A stretch of DNA of 32,947 nucleotides, taken from the IMG/VR virus record IMGVR_UViG_2541047823_000003; one strand, 5' to 3'. A model generated the notes under the pieces. It did not search any database, was not told the DNA's origin, and was given only the letters and a program-made list of their open reading frames with translations. This document shows positions 17,899 to 25,448 of the stretch, one piece after another (position 1 is the stretch's first letter; every line of letters begins with the position of its first letter). Source of the stretch: a virus. Taxonomy: Duplodnaviria > Heunggongvirae > Uroviricota > Caudoviricetes. Position numbers and translations under genes: made by a program.

Positions 17899-19493
17899 CA
17901 GAATCCCTCCAGCATACGGGCCGCCTGACGACGACGGCGTGAGCTTGCCTTCACCGGCCCTTTGTTAATTTCACGGCTGGCGAAATACGCCAGCGCCAGT
18001 GCGATGGCTGAATCCCCGTGGCGTTTACCACCGTCAGCCTTTGCTTTTGAGCGTTGCTCCGGTACGCGGGGGACACCGTTCACCACCTGAACGGCCCGCA
18101 GGTCATCCAGTGTGTCTTCATCCTTTGGTAAGTCCACCAGGTTACCGTCTTCCAGTGCAGCTTTGACCGGAGGCATATGCTCCCGGTACCAGCCTTCGGT
18201 TGGCATCACCTGCTGAACCCGGCTGGAGCCGTAGCGCTGCATGGCGTATTCAGCCAGATAGGCACCATTACCACGGGCATCAAACGCTGCACCCAGCAGA
18301 CCGGGCAGGCCATCCATCAGATACCAGGTGATTTGCTCCTGCTGTCTGAACGGCACGTTACGCAGCTCCAGTACGAATGGCACGCGTCGTACCAGGTTCT
18401 TCTCCTGCAGCAGGGGATAGTCCACCGACAAATCACCGCTACGGCCAAAGTCGCGCCCCAGGAAAGAGCGGGCATCAGTGGGGAGTGCCTCCAGCAAGGG
18501 TTTCAGATACTCATCAAGCCAGTCCTGCGTCTCGCGGAAGCGAACCTCATCAGACAGCAGTTCATAACCTTCCTTGCAGGTCAGACGCAATACCGGCGTA
18601 TCAGCGGACATGCGGGACTCTATCAGGGCACGGGACAGCCAGGCACCGCCACCGTTGGCCGGAATACAGTCAAGCTCTTCGGATGCGCCGGCACCGTAGA
18701 ATTTGTACACCGATGCCATCCAGGCCTGCTCGGATGCCTCCGACCATTCCTTCCCGGTGCGCAGACAGACGCGCCGGAACAGCCCCTCAGATACGGCTTC
18801 CCGGAAAGTGATGCGATGTATGCTGCCTCCCTGACGTCCGGCACGGATATCCCCGATAAGCGTATTGAACGGATTGTCGTCACCGTCATGGGTGGAGATA
18901 ACGCGTACCTTTCCCCCCCAGATAAGCATCGCCAGCGCCGCTTTCAGCAGTTCGTCCAGTTGCTCATGGAACGCCGCTTCGTCGATAACAATAATACCCT
19001 GACGGCCACGCAGGTTAGACGGGCGGCTGGAGAGCGCAACAATACGAAAGCCGGAGTCAGGAAATTTGATGGTGTAAGTCTTGATGTGTTTGTCGTCGTC
19101 GTCCTCTTCCCAGAATCCTTCTTCAATTTCACTGGCCGCATAGTTGAATGCCCGTGCCCACATCGCACACGCCTGAATGTATTCGACGGTCATGTCCTGG
19201 TTATAAGCGATGTAATACACATTCATCCCGCCTGCTGGCGCAGAAGAGGCGGCGGTCAGTACGTTATCGGATGCCTCAGCCCATGTAATACCGGTACGAC
19301 GGCTCTTTTCTATCACCTTAAGCGGAGAGGTGTCTGCCACCCAGCGCTGCTGGTAAGGCAACAGAACGGGAGGGGCATCCAGCGCCGAGGTATCAGGCAA
19401 AACGGGAGCAAGGTTATTCCTCCCGTCCATGGGACTCATCCCTTCGGGGCCGCCGCCAGCGGCGTTTAAAATCACTCCGGATGATTTTGTCAT
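17898..19493 (-). CDS. Terminase large subunit (Mu gp28-like)
   Basis: 531-aa ORF preceding the portal gene, following the small subunit-like gene; start may be one of the downstream Met codons. Confidence 0.8.
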   Translation of the reverse strand: MTKSSGVILNAAGGGPEGMSPMDGRNNLAPVLPDTSALDAPPVLLPYQQRWVADTSPLKVIEKSRRTGITWAEASDNVLTAASSAPAGGMNVYYIAYNQDMTVEYIQACAMWARAFNYAASEIEEGFWEEDDDDKHIKTYTIKFPDSGFRIVALSSRPSNLRGRQGIIVIDEAAFHEQLDELLKAALAMLIWGGKVRVISTHDGDDNPFNTLIGDIRAGRQGGSIHRITFREAVSEGLFRRVCLRTGKEWSEASEQAWMASVYKFYGAGASEELDCIPANGGGAWLSRALIESRMSADTPVLRLTCKEGYELLSDEVRFRETQDWLDEYLKPLLEALPTDARSFLGRDFGRSGDLSVDYPLLQEKNLVRRVPFVLELRNVPFRQQEQITWYLMDGLPGLLGAAFDARGNGAYLAEYAMQRYGSSRVQQVMPTEGWYREHMPPVKAALEDGNLVDLPKDEDTLDDLRAVQVVNGVPRVPEQRSKAKADGGKRHGDSAIALALAYFASREINKGPVKASSRRRRQAARMLEGF

Positions 19494-19585
19494 GTGGCAA
19501 TCCCCAGAATCTCGCGACGAAGCGCCTGTACTGCGTCGCTTGACAGTCCCCCCTTACGGGCAATTTTCTCGGCGTTGCTGGCTGC

Positions 19586-20035
19586 CTACTGCGCTCTGGC
19601 CCGTACTTCAGACTGGAACTTTTTGAGGTTGACGGACGCGCGGGACAGCGTAGCCACATTCTTCGCCACCTTCGACAGCAGGGCCACGCGTTCTTTAGGA
19701 TCGACTTCGCCTTCTTCCGCCTCCTGCAACTGGACAATACTCTCGAACAGCTCGGTCTGAATAAGGGCTATCACAGCCTCCGAACGCGCATCCTGATCGT
19801 CTGCTGCGCCTTCGGTCAGCATGCGGGCCGCTTCTGTTGCCGCACGGATAGCACCATAGCGGCGCTCAATCTTCTGTCCATAGCGATGGATAGCGGATTT
19901 GCTGATGACGTACCCCCGCTCACGCAGCAGGGACTCCAGCTCGTTATACCCGCTGAAGCCGGATTCAGTCAGCGCCCGTTCAAGCCAGCGGCGCACGTCT
20001 TCCGGCAGCTTTTCTATTGTGCTGCGTCTGGCCAT
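19586..20035 (-). CDS. Terminase small subunit-like DNA-binding protein (Mu gp27-like)
   Basis: 149-aa ORF immediately upstream of the large terminase; basic N-terminus and acidic C-terminus. Confidence 0.55.
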   Translation of the reverse strand: MARRSTIEKLPEDVRRWLERALTESGFSGYNELESLLRERGYVISKSAIHRYGQKIERRYGAIRAATEAARMLTEGAADDQDARSEAVIALIQTELFESIVQLQEAEEGEVDPKERVALLSKVAKNVATLSRASVNLKKFQSEVRARAQ

Positions 20036-20346
20036 TATTCACTCCAGTACTTTTCCGGGCGGGCAATACCCGGACCACATTCCACGGTGTATTCCACCAG
20101 GTCTACGCCGAGGCGGGTCAGGTCAGCAAACCAGTCGCCAGAAGGTTTTTTCTCCAGATCAACCATTTTACGGTCAGCCAGATAATCCAGTTCGCGGCGC
20201 AGTTCCAGCGGTGTGGTGTCCGGGTAGATGGCACGGGACACATCCAGCAGCAGCGTCTCGCTGGCGGTGTAAGGGCGGGTCTTGTTCAGGGCAACCAGCA
20301 GACTCCAGCGCAGGGATTCGCGGCGTACCCGGGTAATATCGACCAT
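20035..20346 (-). CDS. Hypothetical protein (Mu gp26 position)
   Basis: 103-aa ORF coupled to both neighbours between the lysis cassette and the terminase genes. Confidence 0.45.
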   Translation of the reverse strand: MVDITRVRRESLRWSLLVALNKTRPYTASETLLLDVSRAIYPDTTPLELRRELDYLADRKMVDLEKKPSGDWFADLTRLGVDLVEYTVECGPGIARPEKYWSE

Positions 20347-20672
20347 TATTGACCTCCGGTATTGCGGTACTGCTGTACCACTTCCAGTTTGTTATAAAGC
20401 GCGTCCAGTTTGGCCTCAATGACTGTCTGGCCACGGATATAATCCTCTCGACGGACATAATTCAGCGGTAAATCCGCTTTAAATCGCATAAATTCTTTTT
20501 CCAGCTCGCCCCAGTTGGAGGCGGATTGTTGCAGGGCCTGTTCAAGGGAGGCGAATCGTGCCGCCTGGCGTTCTTCTGTTTTACTGAACAACCATTTGGC
20601 GAGCCCTCCCACAAACCCCATGAAGGTGAGCAGAAAACTCACCACCGTCCAGAATTCAACCTGCAGTGTCAT
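20346..20672 (-). CDS. Small membrane protein (Mu gp25 position)
   Basis: 108-aa ORF with an N-terminal hydrophobic helix (FWTVVSFLLTFMGFVGGL) then a charged coiled-coil-like region; 4-nt overlap with Rz. Confidence 0.45.
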   Translation of the reverse strand: MTLQVEFWTVVSFLLTFMGFVGGLAKWLFSKTEERQAARFASLEQALQQSASNWGELEKEFMRFKADLPLNYVRREDYIRGQTVIEAKLDALYNKLEVVQQYRNTGGQ

Positions 20673-21319
20673 TTCTGTAATCCTTCCCGTTCATCCAGTA
20701 ACGCGTTTATCTGGTTCCGCCAGCGACGACATTGTCCTGCGTTGTCGATGATGTTGGCGAGAACGTCACGCTGGGAGACACCCGAATCGCGTAACCGGGT
20801 GTCAGTGGTTTCAGGTTGCCCGGTCGCTGTGCCAGAGCGGGTGCCAGCGGCGGCAACTGAGTCTGAATGACCGGTGTCGACGGATGCGTTGTCATATCCG
20901 AGTGCGGCGTTGTACTGGCGCACGAAACCGCGAGTAAACACGCACTCAATGGGATGGCTCTTACCTTTTTCATCAATCCAGCGCTGTGTGACATCGTTAA
21001 TTTGCCCCTGTAGTTGTTTATTCCGGCTCTCCAGTTGAGCAATCTGCTCAAGATAACCGGCTTCAGCCCGCTGCCCGGCGGCCACCTGCTCCTGATACCG
21101 TCTGGCCCAGGCCCGCAGCGCAGCATTCTCAAGCGTTGCCTGCTCCGTTTTGTACGCGTCAAATGCTGACTGCAACTGACTGAGCGCGGTATCACCGTCA
21201 CGCTTTGCAGAGTCATGACCACTTCTGTATCCCATGGCATACAGGCCGACCAGAAAGGCATTGATAAGAATGGCCAGCAGAATGCCGCGCCACGGCAGCT
21301 TTTTAATCAGATGCCACAC
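20669..21319 (-). CDS. Rz-like inner-membrane spanin
   Basis: Track ORF 20669..21421 overlaps the endolysin 3' end by 119 nt; likely start is the GTG or other start near 21319; N-terminal TM helix (ILLAILINAFLVGLYAMGY) followed by a Gln/Ala-rich coiled coil; directly downstream of the endolysin. Confidence 0.6.
   Translation of the reverse strand: MWHLIKKLPWRGILLAILINAFLVGLYAMGYRSGHDSAKRDGDTALSQLQSAFDAYKTEQATLENAALRAWARRYQEQVAAGQRAEAGYLEQIAQLESRNKQLQGQINDVTQRWIDEKGKSHPIECVFTRGFVRQYNAALGYDNASVDTGHSDSVAAAGTRSGTATGQPETTDTRLRDSGVSQRDVLANIIDNAGQCRRWRNQINALLDEREGLQK
20707..20973 (-). CDS. Rz1-like outer-membrane lipoprotein spanin, embedded in the +1 frame of Rz
   Basis: Within nested ORF 20707..21261, the internal Met gives MKKVRAIPLSACLLAVSC... 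with a lipobox (LSAC) and a Pro-rich mature region (TPVIQTQLPPLAPALAQRPGNLKPLTP), lying entirely inside the Rz gene. Confidence 0.5.
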   Translation of the reverse strand: MKKVRAIPLSACLLAVSCASTTPHSDMTTHPSTPVIQTQLPPLAPALAQRPGNLKPLTPGYAIRVSPSVTFSPTSSTTQDNVVAGGTR

Positions 21320-22043
21320 AACTGCTGCCTCCCCATGTGAGATATCGCGGTGCCAGTTCGCGCAGGATGCGCTGCGGATAATGGCGGTTCTCCCGCCAGC
21401 TGGCCGCATTGCGTCCGGCATTCACCGTGGCGACATGTCCGAACCAGCGGGTGCTGTCCAGACCTTTCTGTGATGCAAGCCGCCTGTCCCGTTGTACCCA
21501 GCCCAGACCACCGTTATAGCCCGACAGTGTCATGGCCATACGCTCGCAGTCACTGGCGGCGCTGACACGCTGCCACAGCCAGCGGTCATAGCTGACCAGC
21601 GCCCGGATAGCCCATGCCGGATTAAACGGCTCACGACTGCTCAGCATCGGTATCAACTGGCTTATCCAGTCGGCAGTGGCAGGCATGAACTGCGCCAGTC
21701 CCTGAGCGCCAGCCGGCGAGATCGCATCAGGTCGCCAGCCGCTTTCCTGATGCAGTTGCGCGGCGAAATCGGCCACCGGCGCAGACAGTCCCCATTCAAG
21801 CCGGGCATTACGGATCACATCATCGCGATACTGCAGCGCAGCCTGCGGAGGTTGTGCTGCGCATGCCTGGCTGAAAAAGCCGCCACACCAGAGCAACATT
21901 GCGACAAAGAATACCCATGCCATATGAACCAGAAAGGTCCCGGCGCGGACTGACAGGCGTTCGGTTCTGATGAAGACCCGAAAGGCTTCGAAAGCCAGTT
22001 TCAGGGACATGCATACAATCCAGGTGATCTGCGGCCAGTTCAT
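21303..22043 (-). CDS. Endolysin, lytic transglycosylase with N-terminal signal-anchor (SAR-type)
   Basis: 246-aa ORF; N-terminal hydrophobic segment (FLVHMAWVFFVAMLLWCGGFF) followed by an SLT-like core (EWGLSAPVADFAAQLHQESGWRPDAISPAGAQGLAQFMP with catalytic-type Glu); located between the holin-like and Rz genes. Confidence 0.75.
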   Translation of the reverse strand: MNWPQITWIVCMSLKLAFEAFRVFIRTERLSVRAGTFLVHMAWVFFVAMLLWCGGFFSQACAAQPPQAALQYRDDVIRNARLEWGLSAPVADFAAQLHQESGWRPDAISPAGAQGLAQFMPATADWISQLIPMLSSREPFNPAWAIRALVSYDRWLWQRVSAASDCERMAMTLSGYNGGLGWVQRDRRLASQKGLDSTRWFGHVATVNAGRNAASWRENRHYPQRILRELAPRYLTWGGSSCVASD

Positions 22044-22045
22044 GA

Positions 22046-22396
22046 TTAAAGCCCCATCGCAACAGCCAGGCAGACCGCTGCAACAATCAGTGCACGGCGG
22101 ATTAACGCAGCAGAAAACACCAGGTGAAGGCCGGTCTGTACCGGGAAACGCCCTTCAGCCATCAGCCTGTCGTCATGTTTCAGGTACTGACCGGGACGGG
22201 CTTTGGGGAAGAGCGAACGGTCAAGCCAGTAACCCAGCACTGCTGCCAGCGTGATGAGTGCCAGCTTGTAGATCACAACAGGCAGCTGCTGTGGTGAGAC
22301 CAGAGCGATGGTGCCCAGCAACAGCACTGAGGTCAGCAGCCAGCCGCTGAGGCGAGGTTTTTTAACAGGGGGAATGAATTTTTTCAGGTTTTTCAT
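22046..22396 (-). CDS. Holin-like membrane protein, first gene of the late operon
   Basis: Track ORF 22046..22444; the internal Met (MKNLKKF...) at 22396 has a good RBS (aggagacacac before ATG); two predicted TM helices; immediately upstream of the endolysin. Confidence 0.5.
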   Translation of the reverse strand: MKNLKKFIPPVKKPRLSGWLLTSVLLLGTIALVSPQQLPVVIYKLALITLAAVLGYWLDRSLFPKARPGQYLKHDDRLMAEGRFPVQTGLHLVFSAALIRRALIVAAVCLAVAMGL

Positions 22397-22526
22397 GTGT
22401 GTCTCCTCGTTTGGTGGAGACAGCATCACAAATACAGGGCGCAAAGGATTTTAAAGCGCGTTAAGAGAGCCGGGGATACGGGATGTGCAGGATAAACGAT
22501 GAATTATTCACAGAGGAGAATACGAT

Positions 22527-23003
22527 ATGACGCACACACTGAATCCGGTCATCACTGTCACTGTGTCCGGTCCTGTGGGCAGCGGTAAAAGTTACGTACT
22601 GGCGCGGATAGAAGAGATGGTGAAACAGGAACTCGGAAACAGCGTCATTGTCGATGCTGCTGACGTGGAGAATGAGCGCCGTATGAATGGCGAAGATCTG
22701 ACGACCTGGCAGAAGCCACGGGGTGGCACAGTGATCAGGCTAGAGGAATACACGGGACAGGGCCTGTTGTCATACGGCGAGGAGCGTATCTGTCGGACGA
22801 ATGAGCTGCTGGATGTTATATGCCCCACGGGCCGGCAACCCTGGATACTGCCCGATGCACTGCATGCCACCATTGCGGCACTGATGACAGTTTACGATCA
22901 GGAGCTGCTCATGAAGGAGTTACGTAAACTCACCGGTCAGCCAACAGAATGTTGTTCGTCTCCGAAGTACGGCAAACAGGAAAACGCCCCGGATAATCCT
23001 TAA
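22527..23003 (+). CDS. Small P-loop NTPase/kinase-like protein, function unknown
   Basis: 158-aa ORF with GAGGAG RBS 7 nt upstream; Walker A at the N-terminus (VTVSGPVGSGKSYV) and a Walker B-like hhhhD (SVIVDAAD); plus strand, divergent from the late operon and convergent with the immunity-region operon. Confidence 0.6.
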   Translation: MTHTLNPVITVTVSGPVGSGKSYVLARIEEMVKQELGNSVIVDAADVENERRMNGEDLTTWQKPRGGTVIRLEEYTGQGLLSYGEERICRTNELLDVICPTGRQPWILPDALHATIAALMTVYDQELLMKELRKLTGQPTECCSSPKYGKQENAPDNP

Positions 23004-23015
23004 GATACCTCCTGA

Positions 23016-23038
23016 ACAGAAACAGCCCTGAAGGGCTG
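23016..23038 (-). terminator. Intrinsic terminator-like hairpin between the convergent genes
   Basis: CAGCCC-tgaa-GGGCTG at 23023-23038; on the minus strand it is followed by TTTCTGTT; sits directly after the stop of the glycine-zipper gene (23041) and 20 nt after the P-loop gene stop. Confidence 0.5.
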
Positions 23039-23040
23039 CA

Positions 23041-23424
23041 CTAAAAAAAGAAGTGTATTATTGCCCAAACAGCTATAACGATGATTCCCAGCCCAAGAGC
23101 CGATTCTAACTTATCTTTGGCAGTCATTTTTACTGTTGTAGCGGGCGCAGGTAAGTCTTGCTGCTGTGGATTTTCTGTTAGTTGTTTACGAGAAGAAACA
23201 TCGCCCCTATTAGTTTGCTTCATGTTGATTACAGATGCGTTATGGGCATTATCAGCAGCAATTGACTGAAGTTTTACAAAAGTTTTTGAATCTGTTTTAG
23301 CCAGAAGTAACCTATTTCCCGTAAACATTGCCTTAAAAGTGATAGTTTTTTTCGTCTTGTCCGCCGCACCAAGCAAACCTCCAATGACCAACCCTGCACC
23401 ACCAAAGATTAATCCACCAAGCAA
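23041..23424 (-). CDS. Glycine-zipper two-helix membrane protein (ORF as called from a TTG; reading frame continues upstream to ATG 23628 across an in-frame TGA)
   Basis: 127 aa; N-terminal glycine zipper (LGGLIFGGAGLVIGGLLGAA) and C-terminal hydrophobic helix (LGLGIIVIAVWAIIHFFF); the called start is TTG inside the zipper helix; upstream in the same frame lie a TGA (23506-23508) and a 40-codon ORF with AGGTGA RBS and ATG at 23626-23628; AT-rich. Confidence 0.5.
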   Translation of the reverse strand: MLGGLIFGGAGLVIGGLLGAADKTKKTITFKAMFTGNRLLLAKTDSKTFVKLQSIAADNAHNASVINMKQTNRGDVSSRKQLTENPQQQDLPAPATTVKMTAKDKLESALGLGIIVIAVWAIIHFFF

Positions 23425-23712
23425 ACCTGCGCCTGCCGCCTTACCTATACGGCTTTCCTCTTCACTATCCGCAAGTTCAATCGATAAAAGCTCTTCTTTC
23501 AGATTTCATACAATATTTTCAGGAAAGCCTTGTTTTGGTTTTTTGGCAAACACGATGGTACCGAACCCCATGCTTGCCCACCCTTTAGGAAAACTTCCTG
23601 CGATAACCTGAATCCCTGCCATGTTCATCACCTTTTACATTAAAATTTCAGAACGCAGCATGATGCCGCCTTTGTCTTTTTTCTGATCCCATGGTAATTC
23701 AGCTGTTATTTT

Positions 23713-24699
23713 CTATTTAAGAATAAAACGGTATTTACTGTCAGGAGTGCTTTGCTGATCAAGTAGCAGTGAACGACATGGAGCAGTCAAAACCCGAGCA
23801 TAACTACCATCAGGGCTTATGTTAATGTAACAAACCTTGCCCTTAACACTATAATTTTCGGGGACGGATGCCTTTGCTGATACAGTAAATTTAAGGGTAT
23901 GCCAGCCCGTTTTTTGCTTGTAGCTTGAAACCGAATGGAAATCATCTGAGTACTTATTTAACCCTGGAAACATGCTGCGCAGTGCGGGGATGGAATCTTC
24001 TATTATTTTATCGTTGGTTTTAATGTTAAAAACGCTGGTTTCAGTAGAAGCTACTGCTTTGGCATTTCCCCATTTACCAGCGAACACAATCATTCCCACG
24101 AAAAATATTGCTACAAGAACTAACACTCCCCCCAACACTACTACATGAGGCTTCCGGCTTCTGGTTGGTACAGTTGCGACTGATTTTGCACCGCTTTCCG
24201 ATGGAGGTGATAGAGTTTTACTCTCATCACGAATATTCAGCAGATCATCAAAATAACCAAACACAGCCTGCAACTGCTCTTTGTCTAGGCCTTTAAGATG
24301 GGTTGTACCGAAATGCTTCAGACAGTATCTGTCACGGTCAAGACGATACCCAGGGTCAGTAAGCGCCATTATTTTGCTGACCAGAAGATTACAGTCCTTC
24401 ATATTCTGGATCTGTTGTGCATATCTCTGAAGGATCTCAACCGCACCATGATAATCAGCCGCAGTCATTTCATTAACTGTTTTGGTATTAAGTTTCGTGT
24501 GGATCGTCATCCATAGCTCGCGCTTACTTTCCCCCAGATCAACCAATTCATCCATCAATCTGTGTAAATCGCGTTTTTGCAGCAACGAAATTGGTTGCTG
24601 GGCCGAAGGAAGTATGTCAGCAGAATAGTTATGAATGGTAACATCACCGCTGACAACGTTACCCACATCCCCGTTAACTGTTTGCTTCTCTTTACTCAT
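23713..24699 (-). CDS. Repressor-coupled single-pass membrane protein, function unknown
   Basis: 328-aa ORF whose ATG overlaps the repressor stop (ATGA, 24696-24699); cytoplasmic N-domain of about 185 aa, one TM helix (HVVVLGGVLVLVAIFFVGMIVFAGKW), C-terminal domain of about 120 aa with two Cys; AT-rich (sampled 60-nt lines give 33-48 percent GC). Confidence 0.6.
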   Translation of the reverse strand: MSKEKQTVNGDVGNVVSGDVTIHNYSADILPSAQQPISLLQKRDLHRLMDELVDLGESKRELWMTIHTKLNTKTVNEMTAADYHGAVEILQRYAQQIQNMKDCNLLVSKIMALTDPGYRLDRDRYCLKHFGTTHLKGLDKEQLQAVFGYFDDLLNIRDESKTLSPPSESGAKSVATVPTRSRKPHVVVLGGVLVLVAIFFVGMIVFAGKWGNAKAVASTETSVFNIKTNDKIIEDSIPALRSMFPGLNKYSDDFHSVSSYKQKTGWHTLKFTVSAKASVPENYSVKGKVCYINISPDGSYARVLTAPCRSLLLDQQSTPDSKYRFILK

Positions 24700-25157
24700 C
24701 TTCTCTTGGTATTTTTGTTCATTATTCCACCTGTTCCTATGGTTACGTTACCTTTGATAACATTCCCCAGAACATCTCCATGAATAACCTGTTCCGCCCG
24801 TTCTCTGGAGGAGCCAGTAGTCAAGGCCGACAAAACTGAACCTTTGACCTGTAATGGTGCCTGCCGGTAGTGCTGCAGTAACTCCATTTCATCACGTGAT
24901 AAAGTTATACCTGATGACTCCCCGGTAAGAATGAACTGTACATTGGCCCCAATTCTTGCAAAGGCTGCAAGTAACTCACCTCCGGGAACAGCAACCCCTC
25001 GTTCATATTTCCCCCACATTTCTCTTGAAACGCCACAAAGGGCTGCTACTTCAGCCTGCTTGAGTGATAACCGCGAACGCTCAGCTTTGAACCGCGACGC
25101 GCAAAGAGAATCAAAATTCACATAAACCTCATTGACAATGAGAACAATAGTTCTCAT
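24696..25157 (-). CDS. XRE-family helix-turn-helix repressor (prophage immunity repressor candidate)
   Basis: 153-aa ORF divergent from the early operon; HTH (LSLKQAEVAALCGVSREMWGKYERGVAVPGGELLAAFARIGANVQFILTG); C-terminal tail HGDVLGNVIKGNVTIGTGG; start codon overlaps the -10 of the early promoter. Confidence 0.7.
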   Translation of the reverse strand: MRTIVLIVNEVYVNFDSLCASRFKAERSRLSLKQAEVAALCGVSREMWGKYERGVAVPGGELLAAFARIGANVQFILTGESSGITLSRDEMELLQHYRQAPLQVKGSVLSALTTGSSRERAEQVIHGDVLGNVIKGNVTIGTGGIMNKNTKRR

Positions 25158-25160
25158 AAT
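25132..25160 (+). promoter_or_regulatory. Early promoter (sigma70-like) with a 16-bp palindromic operator candidate in the spacer
   Basis: TTGACA at 25132-25137, 17-bp spacer, CATAAT at 25155-25160; spacer holds the perfect inverted repeat GAGAACaataGTTCTC (25140-25155); 48 nt upstream of the Ner-like gene ATG with AGGAG RBS. Confidence 0.5.
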
Positions 25161-25207
25161 CTATCACATATAAAACAAACATCATTGCATCAACAAAGGA
25201 GACAACA

Positions 25208-25396
25208 ATGACTTCCGAACAAGTTAAAAATCTCTTCCGTCAGCGTGGTATCACGTTTACCCGCTGGGCCGAAGAACACGGCTACAGCCGCAATGAGGTC
25301 TATCGTGTTCTCAATGGACAGACCAAAGCTCGTTACGGCAAAGCCCATGAAATTGCCGTAAAACTGGGATTAAAACCCACGTCAAATGCGGCATAA
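25208..25396 (+). CDS. Ner/Cro-like small DNA-binding protein
   Basis: 62-aa ORF with strong RBS (aaaggagacaacaATG), first gene of the early operon divergent from the repressor; sequence pattern resembles Mu Ner-type HTH proteins. Confidence 0.55.
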   Translation: MTSEQVKNLFRQRGITFTRWAEEHGYSRNEVYRVLNGQTKARYGKAHEIAVKLGLKPTSNAA

Positions 25397-25448
25397 ATTT
25401 TCCACATATGCAACAGGTTATCACATATTGCAAAAATGGAAATGTGAC

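Noticed and set aside
18177-19469. 430-aa plus-strand ORF
   Set aside because: Lies entirely antisense to the large terminase gene in a GC-rich region where long spurious antisense ORFs are expected; the minus-strand gene fits the operon.
19414-19737. 107-aa Arg-rich minus-strand ORF spanning the terminase small/large junction
   Set aside because: Overlaps the 3' end of the small subunit-like gene in another frame and has extreme Arg bias; more likely the gap holds the true upstream start or RBS of the large terminase.
23339-23611. 90-aa plus-strand Pro/Ser-rich ORF
   Set aside because: Antisense to the glycine-zipper gene region; low-complexity translation; no RBS.
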